A model generated the notes under the pieces. That model worked only from the letters and a program-made list of their open reading frames with translations. It ran no database searches and had not been told where the DNA came from. DNA of 63,941 nucleotides from Octopus bimaculoides. Lineage: Eukaryota. Both the position numbers and the translations under genes were made by a program. The stretch lies in the NCBI RefSeq assembly GCF_001194135.2, contig NC_068981.1:145859963-145923903 (forward strand), written 5' to 3'. Below are positions 12,549 through 24,200 of this stretch, in pieces; positions within the stretch are counted from its first letter, which is position 1, and each line of letters begins with the position of its first letter.

Positions 12549-13923
12549 GGATCTATTTCAAAACGGGAGCACCAGTTTTCATTTATGTTTTATGTAGTGT
12601 TTTTGGTACCGAAAGACTTTCAAACTTCGTATACTTATCTATTTTGTGTTATAGAACAGAAAAAAAATTTTGTATTCGAATTTATTTCATGTAAAAAATT
12701 GTCTTATTTCGATAATTTCTACTAATCACTGACGTCTATTCAGTTGAAAACAGTTAGCGCTGTAACGGTGTATATCGTATTAATCCCCCAACCCTANNNN
12801 NNNNNNTTTCATGTAAAAAATTGTCTTATTTCGATAATTTCTACTAATCACTGACGTCTATTCAGTTGAAAACAGTTAGCGCTGTAACGGTGTATATCGT
12901 ATTAATCCCCCAACCCTAACCCTAACCCTAACTAGACTGTTAACCCTAACCTTAACCCTAAAACTAACCCTAACTCTAGAATCCGAACTCTAAAATTGTT
13001 ACACACGTAGATACGCACAGCGTAATTTATTATATAAACAATATATGCGTATAAATTGCGATTAAACCGGATGAAATATGTCACAAGGAATAACATTTGG
13101 ATCTATTTCAAAACGGTGGCACCAGTATTTTCTTAACGAAACACTAACGAAACACTTTGAAACTTGGGACACTGGTAGAATGTGTCATATAAAACATCTT
13201 TTACTCTTAGTCTTCTTAACAAAAAAAACGTACATCGCAAGTTATTCCATGTTAAAGTTGTCGTATTTCTGTAATTTCAACCAATCACTGACGTCTATTC
13301 AGCTGAATAGAGTTACTGCTGGGCGGTCATAAAAATGTTAGGATCTATTTCAAAACGGGGGCACCAGTTATCATTTATGTTTTATGTAGTGTTTTTGGTA
13401 CCGAAACACTTTCAAACTTCGTATACTTATCTATTTTGTGTTATAGAACAGAAAAAAAATTTTGTATTCGAATTTATTTCATGTAAAAAATTGTCTTNNN
13501 NNNNNNNNNNNNNNNNNNNNNNNNNNNNNNNNNNNNNNNNNNNNNNNNNNNNNNNNNNNNNNNNNNNNNNNNNNNNNNNNNNNNNNNNNNNNNNNNNNNN
13601 NNNNNNNNNNNNNNNNNNNNNNNNNNNNNNNNNNNNNNNNNNNNNNNNNNNNNNNNNNNNNNNNNNNNNNNNNNNNNNNNNNNNNNNNNNNNNNNNNNNN
13701 NNNNNNNNNNNNNNNNNNNNNNNNNNNNNNNNNNNNNNNNNNNNNNNNNNNNNNNNNNNNNNNNNNNNNNNNNNNNNNNNNNNNNNNNNNNNNNNNNNNN
13801 NNNNNNNNAGACTAAGAGTAAAAGATGTTTTATATGGCACATTCTACCAGTGTCCCAAGTTTCAAAGTGTTTCGTTAGTGTTTCGTTAAGAAAATACTGG
13901 TGCCCCCGTTTTTAAATAGATCC
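12549..13923 (+). mobile_element. Composite Merlin-like MITE (partial copy + inverted arm + second copy) with 8-bp TSD
   Basis: TSD tcagttta at 12541-12548 and 13924-13931; GGATC TIR starts at 12549, 13099 and 13341; terminal gatcc at 13923; internal taaccc tract 12910-12975. Confidence 0.85.
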
Positions 13924-15480
13924 TCAGTTTATCTGTACTTGTAACGTATGCAATACATCAACCAATCTCTGAACCGATCATTATCGCCCTGCTGTCACAA
14001 ACGTAATGCCTTTCAATTAAAATTGGGCAATCTTTAAATAACACCTGTCACATATTAGGGAAACTGGAAGCTATACAATTAACTTATTTGTAATTTTGCA
14101 TGTAATAAACATTCCCTATTAATATTTATAAAGGTAGTTCAATGATGTTTTACTGAGTATTACATATCCATAAAAGGCACTAAAGAGACATCATAAAGAT
14201 AGATTATTCTTAATTAGAAGTCCGAAATGTGACAAGTTACTTCTTTGTAAATTGCAAGTTACAAAAAAAAAAAAATGGAAAAAATGATAACCCAAAATGA
14301 AAGTGTCAATAAACGCTTGATGATATAAATAAATTTGGGTTATATTTTGTATAAGAAATAAAAAAAAAAGAAGTAAAATAGCGAGACGAGTTTCAAGGAA
14401 TGAAATCCCTAGATTAAAACCACCTCTTAAGAGAGATGACAACAACCGTGAGAGGATGAGAATTAGCAGAAAGAGGAGTCACTCAATTATGTTAAGAGGA
14501 GACACAAGAGAAGAATGTTCAGCAGAATAACAACTATGGAAGTATTTACGAAACAGAGAGAGAGAGAAAAAGGAAGTAATGCTTCTGCAATGTGAGTTTT
14601 CCAATGGGAAAGTATCGGATTGAGGTTTAAATAATTTAATTAAACGACACTTGCATTTACTTGTTGTATACACCAAAAAATTCACTACATGTTATTACCA
14701 ACTTACTTCGAGTTGGCGAAGAAGAAAATAACAGGGGAAATACTGTGTCGATATGATGAGGTAGAACCGGGCATGTTTTGTGTCTGTGTGTGCGTTGATC
14801 ATTCAGTGGTGTCTGATTATGTTCTGCGACTGCCACTGTGTTGGGTCGTTCATGCTGAATATGTGGTTCTCTGTTGGGTGCTTAACTGGCGCAAGGCTGT
14901 CTCTTGACAGTTCGCCTGGTGATGGCTTTCTGCCTCTATCGTATGTCTGACTGTATTTATAATGGTCATGACAGAAGGACAGACATACCACAGGAGTAAT
15001 CTTTACCTATGTAGGTCGCCTCCTGTCCACTTGAACCTTAAATGACACGGCTCCGGTCGTAGGTCGAAGAGAAAACCATCCATCACTTTTTGATAGGACA
15101 AAGAAATTTCTTTCGTGCCAGTTTGGCCAGTTGTGGATCAGACGAGCGAGAATCCTTAGATTCGGTTTCGAACCTCAGCTCGGAAAAAGGAAGTGTTAGT
15201 TTTTACAGAAACAACCTTTATAGTGGCTGATTTCGCCGTCGGTGTAATATAATCAGTGAGATGAAAAGAGTTTACATGGGGATCACTAAACTACTTTAAT
15301 TCGTTTCTTTATCTATTGTCATCAGATTTCTTATTTTTGCATATATACGTAACACGAGACTGGTTTCAAACAAGAAGCATTTATTTGCAAACTAAAGGCA
15401 ATAATTCTTTTACCCATATGACAATGATACATATATAATTACTACTGTATATTTAGTCTATTCAAATTTATTGTAGTTCT

Positions 15481-15879
15481 TTAAAGTGAATTGCCTTGAG
15501 ATACCAGTGCGTTCGTGTGATCTACAAGAATTTGTACGCACCCATGGTATTGAGCGTGAGACAATTTTTGACCAAAAATGGCATTACTCCGCTTACCCGA
15601 TCTTGCTTCCAGCAACTTTTTTGTTCCCACGAACAAAAAAATGTCCTTAAAAGAAAACGTTTTGCAGATGTGGAAGAGGTGAAGGAAAAATGACGGAAGC
15701 ATTAAAGCGCATCACTTCGCAAAATTTCCAGGATTGGTTCAAACAGTGGAAAACGCGTCTGGACAGATGCATTGCTCCAAATGGAGAATACTTTCAAGGC
15801 GATAAAAGTGTAAATATGTAAAACTGAGTGAATAAAATAATAATGTAAAATTCCGGTTTCTTTTGGGTGCCACCTCGTA
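15481..15879 (+). mobile_element. Mariner transposon 3' fragment with right TIR
   Basis: Frameshifted RFADVEEVKEK/TEALKRITSQNFQDWFKQWKTRLDRCIAPNGEYFQGD; TIR aaaattccggtttcttttgggtgccacctcg followed by TA. Confidence 0.85.
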
Positions 15880-16259
15880 GTTCAAGTTCCACTAAGAAAG
15901 TTAAAACTCATGAAAATAGTTGACATTAAATGCCGTTTGCAATATTGTTCTGTGTTGCAAAATGCCGCTTATGTAACCAGTGTTATTGTGTTGGATAACC
16001 TTTTTTTATTTATTTGGCAGCTGTATTGGATACTTCCTGTATTATTTTGACCATAACATGTCAATTTTCTCGTTATTACAATGCTCTCAGCTCATCTACA
16101 CTAGTAAAAATAATCAATACATCAACCAATCTTTGAATCGAGTCTCATCCCTTGCCCCAAATGTGTAGCCTTTCGATTAAAATTGAACATTTAATATTTA
16201 TGAGATCTTTTACATGAAACCTAACATATATTCAGTATGCTGGAAAATCTATCTAATAC

Positions 16260-17830
16260 TAAAATCTGTGATTGCTTGCTTGCGTGCTTGTCTGTAATTT
16301 AACACAGCCAAATCGGCGCATAATGGGAAAATACTCTGAAAAAACCCCTGAAATGTGAATACAAACAGAATAAAACAAATTTTGCGTAAATCAGATTACG
16401 AATTCCCGAGATACTCGTTTTTTTTTTTTTTTTCGTTTCCACAACTTTAAGCAGTGAACCCGGCGCATAAAAGGGAAATACTTTGAAAGTAAAGTGCCTC
16501 TGAAATGGGAATACCAACGGAACACGACAAATTTCGCGTAAGTCGTACCACAGGTTTCCGAGATACGCAGTGTTTTGTGTGGTAAGTTTATAAATAGCCA
16601 AACCGGCGCAAAACGGATGGAGTGAGGGTTTAATTCGGACCCCACGATCCCCGCCTCGCCGCTGATGCCTGGGATAGTCCTGTGTCGCATTCATGAGGGT
16701 ACATTCATACGCAACATTCGTGCAACATTCTTACATCGATTTTCGAACATTTTCACTGTCAGGCATTTTCTCTCTAGCCCTATTTTCCTTTTAAGGTGAA
16801 AGGTGAAGTAATTCACCAATGTAGAGCCAGAGATGAAGATGTCTGACTTTAAACCTTTCAATCTCGTCTTCCAAATCACTTCTCTTGCAATTGCTACTAC
16901 GACGAGAAAACTAATCTTACCTTCTTTCAATAGGAAATCCGGTGTGTCAATTTTTACTATAGACTCAGTCGATAGCCGTACTCTTCGTGTACTTGACAAC
17001 AGTTGTTCCGCACAAAGCCACACGTCTGACACCTCCGAACACTGAGCAATAGCATGCAGGACGGTTTCCCNNNNNNNNNNNNNNNNNNNNNNNNNNNNNN
17101 NNNNNNNNNNNNNNNNNNNNNNNNNNNNNNNNNNNNNNNNNNNNNNNNNNNNNNNNNNNNNNNNNNNNNNNNNNNNNNNNNNNNNNNNNNNNNNNNNNNN
17201 NNNNNNNNNNNNNNNNNNNNNNNNNNNNNNNNNNNNNNNNNNNNNNNNNNNNNNNNNNNNNNNNNNNNNNNNNNNNNNNNNNNNNNNNNNNNNNNNNNNN
17301 NNNNNNNNNNNNNNNNNNNNNNNNNNNNNNNNNNNNNNNNNNNNNNNNNNNNNNNNNNNNNNNNNNNNNNNNNNNNNNNNNNNNNNNNNNNNNNNNNNNN
17401 NNNNNNNNNNNNNNNNNNNNNNNNNNNNNNNNNNNNNNNNNNNNNNNNNNNNNNNNNNNNNNNNNNNNNNNNNNNNNNNNNNNNNNNNNNNNNNNNNNNN
17501 NNNNNNNNNNNNNNNNNNNNNNNNNNNNNNNNNNNNNNNNNNNNNNNNNNNAAGCGGTTTCGAGCCCCCTCCACAAGAAGTGGAACAGCTGTCTTTCCAG
17601 CTTGATTAACCACGAATCAGGGCAAGGAACGACGGTTAAGCGGTAGGTGATGACCGATGCGATGAACATATTGGCCACCTCCACCCTTCCTTTTAGGGAT
17701 AGCCACCGCCAAGACCAGGTCTTGACTATGTGGGTTACCCTGCTCGATACCTCGGCCCAGTTCTTCTCCATTTAGAGGTCCAGACCAAACCAAACTCCTA
17801 GCAACTTAATCGGACCCTGCTTCAACGAAA
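16260..17830 (-). mobile_element. Tx1/L1-clade LINE: ORF2 C-terminal remnant plus 3' UTR
   Basis: KLLGVWFG...MEKNWAEVSSRV...WSWRWLSLKGRVEVANMFIASVITYRL...LFHFLWRG and AIAREVIWKTR, typical of the Tx1 post-RT region; gap 17071-17550. Confidence 0.8.
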
Positions 17831-17849
17831 CAATAAACAGTTCTTCAAC

Positions 17850-19620
17850 AACAAACAACAGCAAAAACAATCGCAACTCACCGTAACAATTCAACAAATT
17901 ACACAAGAAGCACAGTAAACACATTCTTATAACAAGAGACTTGCACTAAGAACAAGGAAAATTTTTAATCACCCATAAGGGGCCGATATAGAGGGAACAA
18001 CACAAAAACATGTGGGGGCACATAACACGAAAAATATAAAATTAAAAATATGGTAACAAGAATGATATATGAAAATGAAACCTGGAAATGAGCTGCTTGC
18101 CCCACCTCAAGCAGCAACACTTACTTCCTTCTGAATCCTGAGTCCTTCAAAACGTCCAATCCGAATTTTTCTCTCAGTTCTTCATATCCTACTTTTACCG
18201 GTATCCTTTTCAAGTTCACATAAGTTTTCCAATACTTATAACCTTTTTTTCATATTTTACAATCACTTCCTTCTGGCTCTGAGACACCAGCACACACACA
18301 TGTGCCAACCCACAACATTAGTATATCCCTCCACATTCACAAATCTTGCTGTCTTCCACCTTGTTGCCTCATTTATTAGTTCCTCGTCTACATCCTCTGT
18401 TAACACACATACATAGCTATTTTCACGGGAGGGGGGAGTTTTTGTGTATCTTGTGATGTCTGTTTTTCTCTCTTTTTTTTACATTGTGAAGGAAAGGAAT
18501 ACGTGGGTTTGGTGTCTGTGGGGAGAGGGTGGGTCTGAGAGGTTATGGGTGTGGTGGGAATGACTTGGGGTTCCACATCACACTGTCCTTTCTTCTTCTT
18601 TTTCCTTCTTCCCTCTGCCACTGTCCATAATTCTTCCTTTTTCCTTTCTTCCATCTGTACCTCCTCTTGCTTCTTCTCCGACTCTTTATCCACTTTTTCC
18701 AGACTATGATTCTGCAGAGGGTAGTGTGCTCTAATGTGACCCTTTTGACCACATTTAAAGCAGCGAGGGATTCTGCTCTCCACCCACACTCTCAAGATTA
18801 TGTCTCCTACAGTCACCGTCTCCGCCAAATCTTCCAAGGATTCTACTTCAGCTTGAACAATAAGTTCTGATGTTTTTCCTTTCCACATCACCTCCTCCGT
18901 TTCCGTGGTTTGGAGGACGGCCACTTTCTCCTCACTTCCAAGGAGGATAGATGCTGCAACCCAAGTCACATCTATGTCTGGCGGGATTCCCTCTACCCTG
19001 ATCTTGGATGTCCTCCTTCCAAGCTACATGGGTAGAAGGACTACTTTATTCGACTTCACTGTGTTTACAGCCAGCCTCCTTGTTACTTCCTCCGTCTTAA
19101 ACTGGACTACCACCGTCCCATATTTGCTTCCTCTTGCTAAAAACACCATATCCTTAGATACCGCGCACAACGCCTTCTCAATTGTTTCGGCTTCTACTTG
19201 ATCTACCTTTTTCTGTTCCACTGAATAAACTTTGCACACAATGGTACTCTTCATCATGTCTTCCATACCTTTCTGGAGGCGACAACTTTACGTCACCACT
19301 TTATGCGCCATTTTTTGATGTTCTTCCATTTTAGACAATTCTATTTCATTCCTTTTTAAATCTGTTACCTCAACGAAGTTCTTTGTTTGTTTCCAAAACA
19401 TCTGTCCATTCTGTTTACTGCTGCTGAAGTGGACAATTCCAACCCGCTAATGTCCGAATAGAGCATTTTTTTCATTAGCCATTGCTATCTCTCTTGAAAC
19501 AGAGAGAAAACACAACCGGTAAACCGCTGCAAAGCAGCACAAAAATCAACACTTCAATACAACTCAATACACGTTCAAAAAATACGACTTGCACTAAGAA
19601 TAAAGAAAAATGTAAAATTA
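17850..19620 (-). mobile_element. Tx1-like ORF1 (gag-like, zinc knuckle) element, disabled
   Basis: One frame 19328-18400 with in-frame stops (PM*LGRRTSKIRVEGIPP) and CFKCGQKGHIRAH knuckle; further frameshifted coding to ~18110; no endonuclease or RT follows. Confidence 0.7.
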
Positions 19621-19877
19621 CGACCTGCTTTTATAGCAAGCAGTTTATCCCGTGCCCCTTCGACTTTTAGTTCATGCAAGTGAAAAAAACCGCATTATAT
19701 ATGCGTTGACCCAATTATTTTTAATGAGCTAAAAATTACGGAAGCTTATAAATAAATTTATAAGCTCATAAATGAATTTATTAACTCATAAATAGAATTA
19801 TAAGCTTATAAATAAGAATTATATCTTTTATTCGATTTCAGCATTCTATATTCATTCTATATTCATTCTATGTTGTA

Positions 19878-20090
19878 AGGAGGGTAAGCTGACAGGATGG
19901 TTAGCACACCGGGCAAAATACTTAGCGGCATTTCGTCCGTGCTTACGTTCTGAGTTCAAGTTCCGCTGAGGTTGACTTTGTCTTTCATCCTTTCGAGGTG
20001 GATAAAATAATTACCAATTGAGCACTAGAGTCGAATTAATCGACTTAGCCCCTACCCCCCACATTGCCGGAATGTGAAATCAATATTAAT
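19878..20090 (+). mobile_element. SINE family A copy
   Basis: ...cttacgttctgagttcaagttccgctgaggttgactttgtctttcatcctttcgaggtggataaaat... Confidence 0.75.
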
Positions 20091-20384
20091 CGATATTAGC
20101 ATTCATATAAGTCGAGAATATCATGAATATTATATATTCATAAATGAGGCGACACCTGAAGGAATATTGATATAATGGTATTCATGTTCGTGAATGGATA
20201 CGACATTAGATAATAGGACAATAGGCTAACAATTTGAATTTGGAAGGATTTACAACGTGGCATTTTAATTATTTTATATCGATCTTTCTCTGGCAGTCAT
20301 CAGGTGTCTTGTTTCTCTGTCTCTCCCCTTCACCTCTCTCTATGTATATATACATACATACGTAAACACATACATACATAATAT

Positions 20385-20560
20385 ATATAAGGCGAAGGTA
20401 GATAGATGAACAACAAGCAGGTGTATAAGTCTGACGCTCGGGAAAGTGAGAAAGTCTAACGTTTCGAGCCTACACTCTTCAACAGAAAGGAATAAAAGAA
20501 AATGAACAGAGAGAAAATAAAAATAAAAACTTGTGGATTTAGCTATCAGTCATGGCGGCT
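20385..20560 (-). mobile_element. Short Penelope-like pLTR-type repeat with hammerhead-like core
   Basis: Minus strand cctttctgttgaagagtgtaggctcgaaacgttagact. Confidence 0.4.
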
Positions 20561-20699
20561 AATANNNNNNNNNNNNNNNNNNNNNNNNNNTATATATATA
20601 TATATATATATATATATGGGTAGCATGGCATCATCAGTAACAATAATGACGATATTGGATCTGACACCAACCATGAAATTGGCAAAACCAGAGACTGTG

Positions 20700-21175
20700 C
20701 ACTATCTAGTCCCCCAACACTGTCCGTCACAGACACGTGTGCGACTCTATAATAGCATAGATTCTGCAACCATTCATTATGCCTGTAAAACATGGAACAG
20801 CACCGTGAAAATCAACAGAAACCTAACTGTATTCCACCAAAGAAGCTTGAGAAGATTTCTGAGAACATATCGGCTAGACCACATAATAAATGAAGACATT
20901 CTAAAGAGAGACAACATAAGGCCACCTCGCAAAATTACCAAAGAACAAAGATTAAAACTAGCAGGTCACGTGCCCTGTCAGCCAGAACGACACTGTTCTA
21001 AAACAGCTTTCAAATGGACACCACCAGAAGACACCCCAAAAAACAACGGAAATTATATGGTGCAGAGCATTCATAACCAACATGAGAGAGGACAATATCA
21101 CATCGTCAAATTTAGAGAAAACTGCAGCCAAAAGAAACCAATGGTATCAGCTTTATACTGAATGTATTCGAAAGC
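20700..21175 (+). mobile_element. RTE-type LINE 3' ORF fragment
   Basis: TRVRLYNSI...YACKTW...FHQRSLRRFL...RLKLAGHV...AFKWTPP. Confidence 0.8.
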
Positions 21176-21194
21176 ACGGGAGGGAACTGATACT

Positions 21195-21226
<32 letters not shown>

Positions 21227-21619
21227 NNNNNNNNNNNNNNNNNNNNNNNNNNNNNNNNNNNNNNNNNNNNNNNNNNNNNNNNNNNNNNNNNNNNNNNNNN
21301 NNNNNNNNNNNNNNNNNNNNNNNNNNNNNNNNNNNNNNNNNNNNNNNNNNNNNNNNNNNNNNNNNNNNNNNNNNNNNNNNNNNNNNNNNNNNNNNNNNNN
21401 NNNNNNNNNNNNNNNNNNNNNNNNNNNNNNNNNNNNNNNNNNNNNNNNNNNNNNNNNNNNNNNNNNNNNNNNNNNNNNNNNNNNNNNNNNNNNNNNNNNN
21501 NNNNNNNNNNNNNNNNNNNNNNNNNNNNNNNNNNNNNNNNNNNNNNNNNNNNNNNNNNNNNNNNNNNNNNNNNNNNNNNNNNNNNNNNNNNNNNNNNNNN
21601 NNNNNNNNNNNNNNNNNNN

Positions 21620-21657
<38 letters not shown>

Positions 21658-21689
21658 ATATATGAGTATATGTATATTTACGTATATGT

Positions 21690-22000
21690 ATGTACATACC
21701 TACATCTACATGTATATAGATGCATATCTGGGTACAGGACGTTGCAAAAAAACGTGGACAAAATGATAAACAGAGTACAGAAAACACACAGGCCACATAG
21801 AGAACATTTCCTTCATCAGCTGCCACCATTCTAAAACTAAGCGTTTCGAAGAGTTAGGGCAGGACGCATGGTTAGAATGGCTCTTCCCACGGACCACAAA
21901 TTAAATTTGTACCGTGGAAGAATGTAGTAGCGGACAGAGAAGAAGACAGGAAGACGAAACAGTGAAAATAAACTGCGGGAAGGATTCATCTGAGATGGCC
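21690..22000 (-). mobile_element. Non-autonomous repeat, Penelope-like tail family
   Basis: Shares aacgtcctgtaccc.gatatgcat...gtatgtacata and cttcgaaacg...cagctgatgaagg with 50457-50680. Confidence 0.5.
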
Positions 22001-22112
22001 ATCAGCTCCGTCGTTACAGCCCTCTTGATAGTCACCACGCTTTCAAAACGGATCCCTTTGATGACACCCCCCTCCCTTGAGCTTGGGGAAAAGATCAGAT
22101 GAATAGGGAGGT

Positions 22113-22560
22113 TATTCCAGTACAGCGTTGTTCTTCTCGGTCAGGAACTGTGTTGTGAGCAGGTGCATTGTTGAGGTGAAACAATCACGATTTGTCCTGC
22201 CACAATTCTCGTCGCTTCTCGCGTGCTGAGCGAAGCAAACGCCACAAGATCTCTTTGTAGACTTGCTGACTGAGCGCTCGAAGTTGACCTCAATCCTACT
22301 TGTTGAAGGCCTCCCGATCCTGGAGTCATCTTCCACCTCCTCGCGCCCTCATTGAAGCTCTTGTGCCACTCAAAAAACACGTGTACTCGACACGGTGTTA
22401 TCTCTATACGCTTGCTGAAACATTTCAAGTGCTTGCGGCGGAGTTTTCCCCAACCGGACCAAAAATTTCAGGTTTATTTGTTGCTCGGTGTTTATCGTTC
22501 ATTCCTCAGTGCTCATAGCTGGACCAATTGAAGAAGAGGAGGTGTAAACAAAAGCATATG
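22113..22560 (-). mobile_element. Mariner transposase N-terminal fragment
   Basis: CRVHVFFEWHKSFNEG and EDDSRIGRPSTS, the HTH and linker motifs of mariner transposases; frameshifted. Confidence 0.8.
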
Positions 22561-22879
22561 AAAAAATATGCAATGATTGCAAAAAGCTAAGATTGCAAGT
22601 ATATACTCCCAAGATATCATGTTAGATGATACCATAATCCGCTTGTCTCTCATCTGCTCATAGCTCGCACAGCACACCCAGTCCCGTTACCTTTCAGACA
22701 GATCTCGTATATTTGTAAAGAACTATATTTGTGCGGAAATTTACGCCTCTTCTTTGTTTATTTTCTTACGATTACAAAAGTATTGAAAAAAAAACTACTA
22801 GAAAGTAACAAATGCGATTCAGAATATTAGTATGTACAAAACAGGCGTAGAGCAAGACTTACTCAGTTTGATATAGTAG

Positions 22880-23430
22880 ATTTTTACCTGGTTATGTCGA
22901 GGAAGTTTCTGTATAAAGCACAGGATTTCGTTACGACCTTTACTGGGATTAAAGATACTGACATATGCAATATCATGCATACCAGACGAACCCTACTCTT
23001 CTTCAAGGGGCCAGGCAAGGCCAAGCGCATTGATCCAAAGGGATCCTTCGATTTAGCGATGGGTACATCTGACAGCGCTTGTTGGGTTTTTCGTCCTAAA
23101 GTTACTTAAGAAATTCCTTTCTACTAGCTTTGGCCTCTACAAAGACGATGCTTTGATAGACTTAGAAAGGACCTCATAAACATCACGAATCCTCTTGGCC
23201 TCAAGATCACAGCAGAAACCAGCCAGAAGAGAGAAGATTTGTTTAATGTGAATTTAGACTTGAGATCTGGTGCCTATAGGCTCTTTAGGAAGCCGAAAGA
23301 GAGGCTGACATAGATTAATACAGCTTCCTGTATTAATACAGGCCTTTACTCCTCTACGAAAAAATGCTATTGGAAAATGTTGTGGTTTGCATTCCCCTTC
23401 TCCTTAAGCGTAAAAATTTGTGCGGATAAG
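22880..23430 (+). mobile_element. Penelope-like element RT fragment
   Basis: IMHTRRTLLF...SFDLAMGTSD, GLYKDD (23132), LNVNLDLRSGAYRLFRKP; several disablements. Confidence 0.65.
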
Positions 23431-23998
23431 ATATAAGCATTCAATATTGAATACTCTTACGGATATTAGATTCTTGACCACAGTAGCAGAATGACGTCAT
23501 TTTGACTATTAATATACAGCTAATATTCACGCGAAGGTTGGGATGATATAGAGATTAGATTACTAAGCAATAACCTAATATTCTCAGATGAAAAGTGTTA
23601 TAATTGATATCTATACTACATAATTATGATTTTTCTCCGATCATGGAATGTTTTATTCCTAGACGTATACATGAAACTAGACTGGATACGAATTAGAAAC
23701 ATTTACTTCAAAATTAAGATCAAGAGCATTTAAACCACTATGATAACGGTGAACATGCAATTCATGTCATATTTTTAGCTTATTTGAATTTGTTGCTTTC
23801 ACTTCTCTAGAGTAAACAGGTTCAAAATCTGGAGTGTTGTCGTATTGTCTACAAGAACTTGGATGTGCTCTTGGTGTTGCAAAAATACATAGGTGTCGTC
23901 CACATATCTAAAACATGTGATGTGTTTTGGTGTTTATTGTTCTGTAGCTAAATCATCAAAGTATTTAATCTAAATGTAAGCCATTATTAATAACAGCG

Positions 23999-24200
23999 AC
24001 GGCGGCGAGCTAGCTAAATCATTTGCACACGGGATAAAATGCATTGCAGCATTCCGTCTGTCTTTACGTTCTGAGTTCAAATTTTGCCGGGATCAACTTT
24101 GCCTTTCACCCTTTCGGGATCGATATAAGTACCAGTTCATCACTGGGGTCGATGTAATCGACTAGCACCTTTCCTTCCAAAGTTCAGGCTTAGTAGAAGC
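23999..24200 (+). mobile_element. SINE family A copy
   Basis: Starts ggcggcgagcta..., core gcctttcaccctttcgggatcgat. Confidence 0.75.

Noticed and set aside
15150-15185. Perfect B-box (ggttcgaaacc, minus strand) suggesting a tRNA gene
   Set aside because: No A-box or cloverleaf found nearby.
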